This document shows, one piece after another, positions 25,690 through 36,505 of a stretch of DNA of 64,000 nt; within the stretch, counting starts at the first letter, position 1; every line of letters begins with the position of its first letter. Made by a program: the position numbers and the translations under genes. The notes below the pieces were generated by a model that had not been told where the DNA came from, did not search any database, and was given only the letters and a program-made list of their open reading frames with translations. The DNA lies in contig CM121341.1 of NCBI GenBank assembly GCA_051530055.1, positions 3,631,761 to 3,695,760 on the forward strand. The letters run 5' to 3'. The DNA comes from Neoechinorhynchus agilis (Eukaryota > Animalia > Acanthocephala).

Positions 25690-26335
25690 GATTTATTTCA
25701 TAATCTTTAAAATAATGCATTTGTAACGTTTGAGACAGTGATTTTTCGAATATCGTAGTTCGAATAAGTGAAAAATATGAGGAAAATCAAAATGCGTTTA
25801 TTGAAAATAAAGCGATTCTTACGCCAAGGTCTTTACAGTTGATTATTGCTTATTTCTAAGCTTAACACTTAGACCAGCATGGCACAAGCTTTCCAGTCTC
25901 ATTTTCACTGGAGAGCGCGAATGGTTTAAAAAAATTAAAACCGAATCAAGTGAGCAGCTATTGCAAGATATAATCAATTATAAGAAATCTATTGATTATA
26001 CATATGGGAACTTGAGTTATTTGACAGGAATGGTTAGTTATATAAAATGCTTTTCAGTAGATTTTTTGTCTAATATTCAGGAGTAGCATTTTGGTGTGTG
26101 TTTTTTCGAAAAAATATTAAACTTTTCTCACCAAAAAGATCGGTGATCCTTGCAATAAGCGGAATATTCCTTTCTATGGAAAAAAAGAGTTTGGAGTCTG
26201 AATCTGTGTGACTTTTCGACCTTTCAATTTATAGTTTGATCTGTATTCGTTCTTTTTAATTTATTCCCCGTCTATTTTCAAAGACGAGAATTTTAAAGTA
26301 GTCGATTTATTGCTATAATCTATTGTACTGTTTTC

Positions 26336-27875
26336 ATGGACGAAAAAAAATCCGACATAGTATTATTATTTGTGCGAATAACTAATTGAGGATCTAATGC
26401 AATAAAATCCGCATTTACGGCGCCTTTAATTCTCAAACTGACGCTAAAATTGATAGTTAAAAAATAGAAAAATCCTGACTGTATTACATTTTAAACTGCT
26501 ACCTGTAAATAAGCGACAAAACGAGCTTATCTATTTTTTGTATGTATTAAATTGTAATAACTTATCTAGAACTCAATATCGAAAAGTCAGGACATTCCGT
26601 ATTTTCTAAAATCCGACCGAAAACAAATTATCAAGTCCTGTTTCACGAAAAGAGAAGTCTTAGTTAACATACAAAAACTAGTGTCAGGATGGATACAAAC
26701 TGGATTTACTGTGAGTAAATTATTTGCACCCTTTTCCATTTTTATGTATTCGATTAAGGACGATTTTATCAAATATGTACATAATTTTTTTAAAGAACGA
26801 CAAAAAATTCGTCATTTTTCCAATAATATTTACGAATTCTTGTATGCGTGTGATCGATTTTCAAATGATGAGAGAATAAACCTTTTTCTACTTGTCATGC
26901 GAGACGAAGTAAGCCGCTTTAATTTTTTCTTAAATTTTATATTTTTAAGGTCGATTCGGCGATTTATTTCAATCGAACTTATGTCATTGGATGTCTCACT
27001 TTTCAGTTTCACAAATATTTAGAAAATCATCGTGAGGAGGTATTGAGCTGTGCTGTCGAGATTTGTTAAACACATAATTTTCGTGTATTTTAGACTGTTT
27101 GGACGGAGGATATGCTTAAAAATATTTTCAATAATACTTTTATACATAAATCAGCGGAGAAAATCGAATTGTTGGTTGGAAATGCAATGGAAGTTATAGC
27201 ACAAGGACATGGAAATAGTTTTAGTGAATCTATACAGTTATTGATTGATCAGGTATGTTTGGATTATAAAATACGTTTTGTGGTTTCGATTTCAAGAACG
27301 TCGCTCGCCGATTAAACGTTTTTAATTTACAATCTCACTTTTAGAACGACGAGGGTTCGATCAATAAAATGATTAGCGTACTACATTTTCAAATGGAGCA
27401 AGAACGAATGGATAAATTACGTTTGGTAATAAGCTCGCTTCCAAAGACGAAGTGAGTATTTTTTTAGGAACGTTCCGAATCCACACAAACTCTTTCAAGA
27501 TTTATTCGAACAATAGATGCCGTCGAAGCCTTCCACAATATCGATAAATCAATTACATTATCAGAAATCACGAGATATTTAAAATGGATTTTCGTACCTG
27601 GTTTAAAACCAACTAAAAGTCACAATGTTTCTCTTGGACGAAAAGGCAAAAAAGGTAATGCAAAATTAAACAAGAGAAAGGAACAAAAGGCGAAAAATAA
27701 AGCTAAAAAAACTGCGGCAAAATTGAGAAAAAGAACTGTTAAAAAAAGAAGGAAAAAGTCAGGAAAAAAGAAGCTAATAAAAGAGCAGGACGCATCAAAA
27801 AGACCAGAGCGATTACTTAAAACAATTTTTATTGAAAGATTATTAAAGATGCACCCAAATGCAAAGCGACTTTAG
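26336..27875 (+). CDS. Multi-exon gene of unknown function with a Lys/Arg-rich C-terminal tail
   Basis: Successive GT-AG introns join ...LVSGWIQTGFT / DDFIKYVHNFF...LFLLVMRDE / VDSAIYF...ENHREE / TVWTEDML...LLIDQ / NDEGS...DKLRL / ERSESTQ...HPNAKRL* (stop 27873-27875). The 5' exons and start codon are uncertain. There is a weak remembered resemblance to TSNAXIP1-like proteins, unverified. Confidence 0.65.
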
Positions 27876-28142
27876 AAATAAATATTAAAAATTAATCGTG
27901 TATAAATGAATTTGGCTTAATTTTTTTGGAACTCAGCATTCGTTCATAGTAATTATTTTTAGTTGTTTTATGGCAACGAAATTGAAATGATTTTATTTTA
28001 AATCCGACATTTTGGCACAATTTTGTACGCCTTTATCAAGGTAATCTTCAAAGTTACTTTTAGTGTGATTATTTGGAGCGATAGCAAACGAAAACCATAG
28101 CAACGATGGATTTATTATTTTACGAAGTAGAACATTTTGAAG

Positions 28143-28511
28143 ATGATTGACAACCAAAGTATCCGTGAACGAAGGAAAGACTCAATTCTGGTTACAAAAG
28201 AGCTGATTTTTCAGATTGCGGACGAGGTTTTACATGAAAAAACTCAGATATTTGATAAATATATAACTCACGGTTGGATAACCGAAATAATGTCTAGAGT
28301 GTTATTTAAGATAAGGGAATCGCCAGAATCCGATTTGGAGGATACATATTTTATAGTGTGTTCAATTTTTGAACGGAACGTGGAAACTTTGACCAATTAC
28401 GACTTTCGATCCGATTTTATTGGTGATCCCGAAAAGGACGATGTCATTTGTATCAAATACTCGAACGATAGTCTCGTATCTTTTATACTCGTGTATGTTT
28501 TTAAGAAATGA
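28143..28511 (+). CDS. Uncharacterised ORF, ~122 aa
   Basis: A single open frame from ATG 28143 with protein-like composition in AT-rich DNA; no recognisable motif. Confidence 0.5.
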   Translation: MIDNQSIRERRKDSILVTKELIFQIADEVLHEKTQIFDKYITHGWITEIMSRVLFKIRESPESDLEDTYFIVCSIFERNVETLTNYDFRSDFIGDPEKDDVICIKYSNDSLVSFILVYVFKK

Positions 28512-28518
28512 ACAATTT

Positions 28519-29082
28519 TTATGAATCTATGCCCATTTTCCGTTTAAATTCCTTGACTCGTTCCAATCTTTTCTTACTTTTTTTATCCTTTTGCTTCCGG
28601 TTGATTTCGGCTTCTCGTTTAAGTCGAGCACTCAAACTCATCTCTCCGTTCTCCATTTCATCGAGTTTTAACAACATTTTATGCCTAGCCAATTCTCTAT
28701 TCTTTTCTAGAGAACGAGTAGAATGGCATTTGACTATGGCACCCGTCGGAACGTGGCGAAGATGAACGGCGTTATTTGTCTTGTTGACATTTTGTCCGCC
28801 CGGTCCGCTGCCTCGGACAAAACTCTCTTTAATTTCAGCATCGTCCAACTGTTTCGCCCAATCGATCGGAAGTTTAGGGAGTTTTATTGTAGAAGCAGAG
28901 CGGATTTCCGATAACCAAATTATAGTTCTCCAAGCCATCAAATCTGCAACCATAAGATTGGGGTTTTGTTCAAATGTCAATTCGAAGAGTGCCCTAAAAT
29001 CTAGCAGGACGTCGATCAATTTCTGCGCCAAGATTCGATTTAAAAGTGAATTATAATCGCCAATCATTATTATGCGTTCCAT
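28519..29082 (-). CDS. MTRFR: Mitochondrial translation release factor in rescue (C12orf65 family, GGQ)
   Basis: ESFVRGSGPGGQNVNKTNNAVHLRHVPTGAIVKCHSTRSLEKNRELAR followed by a basic C-terminal helix (KQKDKKSKKR). The start codon is ambiguous (29082, 28953 or 28938). Confidence 0.9.
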   Translation of the reverse strand: MERIIMIGDYNSLLNRILAQKLIDVLLDFRALFELTFEQNPNLMVADLMAWRTIIWLSEIRSASTIKLPKLPIDWAKQLDDAEIKESFVRGSGPGGQNVNKTNNAVHLRHVPTGAIVKCHSTRSLEKNRELARHKMLLKLDEMENGEMSLSARLKREAEINRKQKDKKSKKRLERVKEFKRKMGIDS

Positions 29083-29405
29083 TTTCGAGTTATCTGATCT
29101 TATTATCACCACGTTTTAATATTCGAATACCTAATTTTTACATCATTTTTAGCTAAATAAAAAAAATCACATTACGAAAATATTAAACACTTTAAATAAA
29201 GCACAAAAGACGGAGCATTTGCGCGATAAAAATCTTTCACTGGTAGGGTGATAAAACTTTTATTATTGTGTAAAATGACAATGGTCCAACAAGCTCTACA
29301 TGGACACTTGTTCAGAAAAGGTCATTCGCCTTGTTGACCAACGGTGGCTTGAAAAGTTCTTGAAATTTGGCAGAAAAGAACCCGGCAATTGGAAGGCCAT
29401 TGCAA

Positions 29406-31834
29406 CTAACATTTATCCGTTTTCCCATATCTCTGCGTTTCCTTCTTCGACGAATGCGACTTGTCGACGAAACGATTTGCTCCGGCTGACCTTTTTTCGA
29501 ACCAAATGATATCGTAATCGTTATTTGTGGATTTAAGCGTATTACCAATCCCAACCCTGTTCTGTGATCCACAAACAAGTTTAAAATATTTACGGTGATG
29601 ACCACCACCACTTTCCTTGTCTTCGATCACTCTTATCATCTGTTCTCCATGTGATAACTTCATTTTCCTCCGTATTGTAATGTTCAAGTACTGTCTTCGA
29701 TCATGAGAAACCTCACTTTTAACCTCCTCCATATAAGCCCTCAATCGTCGCATTGCTTCACGATTATTGCCAATATTATCTAGCCTATGTGAATCAATAG
29801 CCACGATTTGATCATCGCATTTTATCCGACCGTCTTTGTGAGCAGCACCACCGTAGATTACAGCGTCCACAAATAATCCAAGGTCTTGTCTCAATCCAGA
29901 ATTATCACTCCCGTCATTTTGAAGAGTATCAGAACATTCCAAGGATGCACCTTTTACACTTATCCCAAGACCAGCGGACTTTGTGTCGTTTAGATAAATT
30001 CGGAACCCAAATGTTTCGTATACCTCATCACCTTCGATTTCATGTCCTTGAGCGTCAAGGATCCGAAGAACTTCAAGATCAACATCTTGTCCAAAGTCGC
30101 AACACTCACTTAACCGTGCTGATTGGCGAAGATTATCAGTCGGAGTGAAATTCAATATAATGTCTCCGGGAAGTAGGTGCGACGATTGATTGGTTACTTT
30201 TCCAATAACCGACAAAATCGGGTTCTCAGTGAACGACAAGATCAATCGTTTCATGTCGCTGTTTTGCCATCCAATATTGTCCACATTTTCACTTACTAAT
30301 TGAAACCCGAATCCAATGGAGCGTTCTCGACGAACTCTGGTGGTTATTTTAGCCACCATTGTCCGTGAAGAGCCGGAACGAAGATAATGAACCCGAATAG
30401 GTCTTTCACCATTTTTTCCTTGTTGATCGCATCTATCAACAGCGATTATTACATCGCCCAGTTGAAGAGCAGTTTGACCATTCGGACCGATCATTTCATA
30501 GTTGCAGCCGCTCACTACAAGTACATTCGATTCATTGTTAACTCTAAACAAATCGAATATGGTTTTGTGTGTGTGAAAGCTCATTGTGAGCTTACATTTC
30601 AATAGAAAATGTGTAATGGTTTAAGCAATCCATTCTGTTCATTAATAAAATGCGTTTAGTCGGACTCTCGTAAGCGCCTTTTAGGATCTCCTCACTAGTA
30701 GGCCAAAGAAGTTCTGTTGATAGCAATATGTTTCCATCGGATGAAAATAAATGTGGACTAGGTGTTGATTCCGGTCCGCTGCTTGTGCCAGTGTAATATG
30801 CCTGCAAAATACGAACGAAAAATTATCAAAAAAAGGTTTGGTAAGATTACTAAGCGCTGCTTGGTTGTTCAGCCGCATGTTTTATCTATTGATGATTGTT
30901 TGATTGACAATCCGACTGAAAGAGAGAGATTTTATTGAAACACCTAGCTTTCGCCGTCCAACGATCCCGTGGAACTGTCGATAGCGGAAGCGCTGATCAT
31001 ATCCCGAGAGACCCGGGATCGTGAGGACTCTAGCGGGCATCGGTCGGTCGGTAGGACACTCATTAACCAGAAGGATGAGTTGTCTGCCGTCCACTTCACT
31101 CGCATTGTAGATTACACCCTGAAGAAGCCGTTGGACGGCGAAAGCTAGGTGTTTCAATAAAATCTCTTTCAGTCGGATTGTCAATCAAACAATCATCAAT
31201 AGAAAAAAAGGTTTCATGAATATTATTACTGAGTTAAAAAAGATCCAATATATTTTCTGATTAGAAAACTAAATCTTTCCTTAACTACGGCGACAATTTT
31301 TTGAATGGACATACCGATGAACTAGTTGGTGAATTTGCAATAATAACTTTATCGTTATTATTGGCGATTGGTGTTGATGTCTTGATCAGATCGTATTGGT
31401 CTTCGTCTGATGTTGAAGGCACTTGCCGAGAATATAAGCCGGTCCTGCTATTTTCACCTCTTAACAAACGTAGGGAATTTTGAAGTTGACTGGTGAAGCT
31501 TGACTTTTGTTTTTTATGAGATCCATGCGTTGTGTTCATTGTATTTACCGATACCTCATGATATAAAGCTCGTTTGATTTAGAAGCAAAAAAATGGGGGA
31601 AAAACTCACAACATCGCCATCTTTAAGTATATGTCCAACTTGGTCGCTTAAATCCAATAGGCATCCAAGATGCCTAGCAATCATTTTGTTTGTATCAGGT
31701 TGGCAATAGTCCGTTGAGCTTGTGATTTTCCAATACCTTCTACAAGCGTTCTCAATAACCTGACCAAGACTTTGTTCAGGCTGACAAGGCACAAGTACCT
31801 TATCTCCACTGTAGAAAGTTACAACAACTCGCAT
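29406..31834 (-). CDS. PARD3: Par-3 / Bazooka polarity scaffold (CR1 + three PDZ domains), C-terminally short
   Basis: N-terminal CR1 (MRVVVTFYSGDKVLVPC...ACRRYWK...LLDLSDQVGHILKDGD). A well-conserved PDZ3 (IYLNDTKSAGLGISVKG...DLGLFVDAVIYGGAAHKDGRIKCDDQIVAID...NREAMRRLR) and two more divergent PDZ-like segments upstream. Several short introns. Confidence 0.92.
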
Positions 31835-32994
31835 TACAGAATTCCTAGCGAGCGAGAGTTAAAGCAAGAAAAGAATTTTCATTTTGATTTTATGGAATTG
31901 TCCACGCACACTACTACATAATAAAATTGCTCTCTCACTCTCAAATGTTTACCCAGACGATAAAGATGTGTATGTAAAAGCAAAAATATTAGACAAATAA
32001 TCAGCCGAAAAAAACTTAGTCCACCACCACCACCACCCGCAGTCCATTGCACACTGGCATACCAGTTGGAGGAGGCGGCGGCGGTGGACAAAAATTGTAT
32101 AAATGTTCCGCAAGAGACCGTAAAAACTTTGGAAAAAATTCATTGTGAGCAGAAGATTCGCTTTTCAGAATAACACGCAAAAATGAAAACTGTGACCTCG
32201 GGACTTGTGAGCATGACTGGCGGTTTCTGGAGGTCAACGGACTAAGAAAACTCGGTCTAAGCGTTAATCCCCGCAGCTATTTAGTGTCTCAATGTGTGAT
32301 CGAAAGAGAAACGAGATAATAACTATTTTGTATATCCAATTCTCCGGCCGATTGAACAACCGTGACTTGAACTTACGTGCGTAACCTGGTTTGTAAACTG
32401 GATTAGTGAATGTTGTCAAATTGAACAGCTCGTGTTTATACACTTAGTTGGCAATAAAAAAATTTCTATTATTTAGACATTTAGTATCAGACAGCGATCA
32501 ATACCATCTAATATTTGGACAAGAATGTCGAATTATTTTATAACATCAATAAATAGTGCCATTAAGTTTTATGTGGCGACGACGAATTTATTAGTCCATT
32601 CTAAAGAGGAATTCATTCCTCTTAATCAAAAAAAATTAAGTTCACTAGAAATACACTTTTATCGCTGTCCGGAGAACAAATTTAGCGAAATTACTTATCC
32701 ATTGCCTCAGAATGCATTTCATAAATAATGGAAAATTGCAAATTCAATTGCTGTCCATCTCAAGAATCATTCTTAGCCTCCTGATTAATAAACAATAACT
32801 GAAATCAAATTGCTCAAATGAAGAACGCCCTACGGTCATCATGTTCACAGCTATCAGATAATGAACATTTCGAGGGGCAAAGGATGACCTGTATATTTAT
32901 TTGTTAGGAATGTTCAATCGTCTATTCCTACACCAACGAGAATAAATCCATATCACTCTCGCGGCACTATCAAATAGGTGACAAAACGAAGATT

Positions 32995-35900
32995 CAAGAT
33001 GAGATTTTATTGCCTCCTATAGATAAAACACCAATTAAATTACGGATCTTATTTTTGCTTGTAATCAAGTACCTTCCAATTTCCCAGAGAAGTCTCTAAT
33101 CAATCATCGTTATAACAGAAACTAGAAAACTTGATCACCAAAACTCGGAACCAACGCTACTTTGAATTGTAAACTAAGATGAGATTTCACTGTCTCTTCA
33201 AGTTAAAACGCTAATTAAATTACGGATATTACTTCTACTTTTGCAATCAAGCGCCCTGCAATTTCCGAGAGGTCTCTAATCAATCATCGTTATAACAGAA
33301 ACTAGAAAACTTGATCACAAAAATTCAAAATGAACGCGACTTTAAATTGTAAACTAAGATGAGTTTTTATTGTCATTGAAGATAAAACAATAATGAAATT
33401 GAGGATCTTACTTTTGTTTTTGAAATCAAGCGTCCTGCAAAGCCCCAAAGGAGTCTCTAATCAATCGTCGTTAATGAACAGAAACAACATAACTTGATCA
33501 CCAAAATTCAAAACCAACGCGACTTTGAATCTTAAACTAAGATGAGATTTCATTGTCTCTTAAAGATAAAACAATAATGAAATTACGGATCTTACTTTTG
33601 TTTTTGCAATCAAGCGTCCTGCAAATCCCCAAAGGAGTCTCTAATCAATCGTCGTTAATGAACAGAAACAACATAACTTGATCACCAAAATTCAAAACAA
33701 GCACTTTGAATCTTAAACTAAGATGAGATTTCATTGTCTCTTAAAGATAAAACAATAATGAAATTACGGATCTTACTTTTGTTTTTGCAATCAAGCGTCC
33801 TGCAAATCCCCAAAGGAGTCTCTAATCAATCGTCGTTAATGAACAGAAACAACAAAACTTGATCACCAAAATTCAATGTCTCTTAAAGATAAAACAATAA
33901 TGAAATTACGGATCTTACTTTTGTTTTTGCAATCAAGCGTCCTGCAAATCCCCAAAGGAGTCTCTAATCAATCGTCGTTAATGAACAGAAACAACAAAAC
34001 TTGATCACCAAAATTCAATGTCTCTTAAAGATAAAACAATAATGAAATTACGGATCTTACTTTTGTTTTTGCAATCAAGCGTCCTGCAAATCCCCAAGAG
34101 TCTCTAATCAATCGTCGTTAATAACAGAAACAACAAAACTTGATCACCAAAATTCAAAACAAGCGACTTTGAATCTTAAACTAAGATGAGATTTCATTGT
34201 CTCTTAAAGATAAAACAATAATGAAATTACGGATCTTACTTTTGTTTTTGCAATCAAGCGTCCTGCAAATCCCCAAAGGAGTCTCTAATCAATCGTCGTT
34301 AATGAACAGAAACAACAAAACTTGATCACCAAAATTCAAAACCAACGCGACTTTGAATCTTAAACTAAGATGAGATTTCATTGTCTCTTAAAGATAAAAC
34401 AATAATGAAATTACGGATCTTACTTTTGTTTTTGCAATCAAGCGTCCTGCAAATCCCCAAAGGAGTCTCTAATCAATCGTCGTTAATGAACAGAAACAAC
34501 ATAACTTGATCACCAAAATTCATTGTCTCTTAAAGATAAAACAATAATGAAATTACGGATCTTACTTTTGTTTTTGCAATCAAGCGTCCTGCAAATCCCC
34601 AAAGGAGTCTCTAATCAATCGTCGTTAATGAACAGAAACAACAAAACTTGATCACCAAAATTCAAAACCAACGCGACTTTGAATCTTAAACTAAGATGAG
34701 ATTTCATTGTCTCTTAAAGATAAAACAATAATGAAATTACGGATCTTACTTTTGTTTTTGCAATCAAGCGTCCTGCAAATCCCCAAAGGAGTCTCTAATC
34801 AATCGTCGTTAATGAACAGAAACAACATAACTTGATACCAAAATTCATTGTCTCTTAAAGATAAAACAATAATGAAATTACGGATCTTACTTTTGTTTTT
34901 GCAATCAAGCGTCCTGCAAATCCCCAAAGGAGTCTCTAATCAATCGTCGTTAATGAACAGAAACAACATAACTTGATCACCAAAATTCAAAACCAACGCG
35001 ACTTTGAATCTTAAACTAAGATGAGATTTCATTGTCTCTTAAAGATAAAACAATAATGAAATTACGGATCTTACTTTTGTTTTTGCAATCAAGCGTCCTG
35101 CAAATCCCCAAAGGAGTCTCTAATCAATCGTCGTTAATGAACAGAAACAACATAACTTGATCACCAAAATTAAAACCAAAGCGACTTTGAATCTTAAACT
35201 AAGATGAGATTTCATTGTCTCTTAAAGATAAAACAATAATGAAATTACGGATCTTACTTTTGTTTTTGCAATCAAGCGTCCTGCAAATCCCCAAAGGAGT
35301 CTCTAATCAATCGTCGTTAATGAACAGAAACAACAAAACTTGATCACCAAAATTCAATGTCTCTTAAAGATAAAACAATAATGAAATTACGGATCTTACT
35401 TTTGTTTTTGCAATCAAGCGTCCTGCAAATCCCCAAAGGAGTCTCTAATCAATCGTCGTTAATGAACAGAAACAACATAACTTGATCACCAAAATTCAAT
35501 GTCTCTTAAAGATAAAACAATAATGAAATTACGGATCTTACTTTTGTTTTTGCAATCAAGCGTCCTGCAAATCCCCAAAGGAGTCTCTAATCAATCGTCG
35601 TTAATGAACAGAAACAACATAACTTGATCACCAAAATTCAATGTCTCTTAAAGATAAAACAATAATGAAATTACGGATCTTACTTTTGTTTTTGCAATCA
35701 AGCGTCCTGCAAATCCCCAAAGGAGTCTCTAATCAATCGTCGTTAATGAACAGAAACAACAAAACTTGATCACCAAAATTCAATGTCTCTTAAAGATAAA
35801 ACAATAATGAAATTACGGATCTTACTTTTGTTTTTGCAATCAAGCGTCCTGCAAATCCCCAAAGGAGTCTCTAATCAATCGTCGTTAATGAACAGAAACA

Positions 35901-36198
35901 ACATAACTTGATCACCAAAATTCAATGTCTCTTAAAGATAAAACAATAATGAAATTACGGATCTTACTTTTGTTTTTGCAATCAAGCGTCCTGCAAATCC
36001 CCAAAGGAGTCTCTAATCAATCGTCGTTAATGAACAGAAACAACATAACTTGATCACCAAAATTCAATGTCTCTTAAAGATAAAACAATAATGAAATTAC
36101 GGATCTTACTTTTATTTTTGCAATCAAGCGTCCTGCAAATCCCCAAAGGAGTCTCTAATCAATCATCGTTAATGAACAGAAACAACAAAACTGGATCA
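32995..36198. repeat. Satellite C: ~20 copies, long (184 bp) and short (142 bp) unit variants
   Basis: TGATCACCAAAATTCA recurs with a 184-bp period (33495 to 33679) and a 142-bp period (35341, 35483, 35625). The first two or three copies at the left edge are clearly diverged. Confidence 0.98.
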
Positions 36199-36505
36199 AT
36201 AACGACTTATTTGAGTTTTGACAGTATTAATGTTGCTTACTAAAGTGTGTGCTCAACTCGCTTGTCCTGAGTTCGGAGTGTTTTTAGCGAGTATATTGAT
36301 ATTAATGTCGTCTCGTCGCCTGTCATTGTGAGTGGATTACAAAGAATTGAGTTCCCCAAAGATAGTAATCAAGCACATTTCCTTCTGAAAGTATTTGTAT
36401 GTCCTACAATCCCTGATTCATTCTTCACCAAGACACCTTCTAATAGGCACCTACCACTCCATTTTACTTTGAGTTCTCGTGTTGTTTGCCTGAAAGTGTA
36501 AAGCT

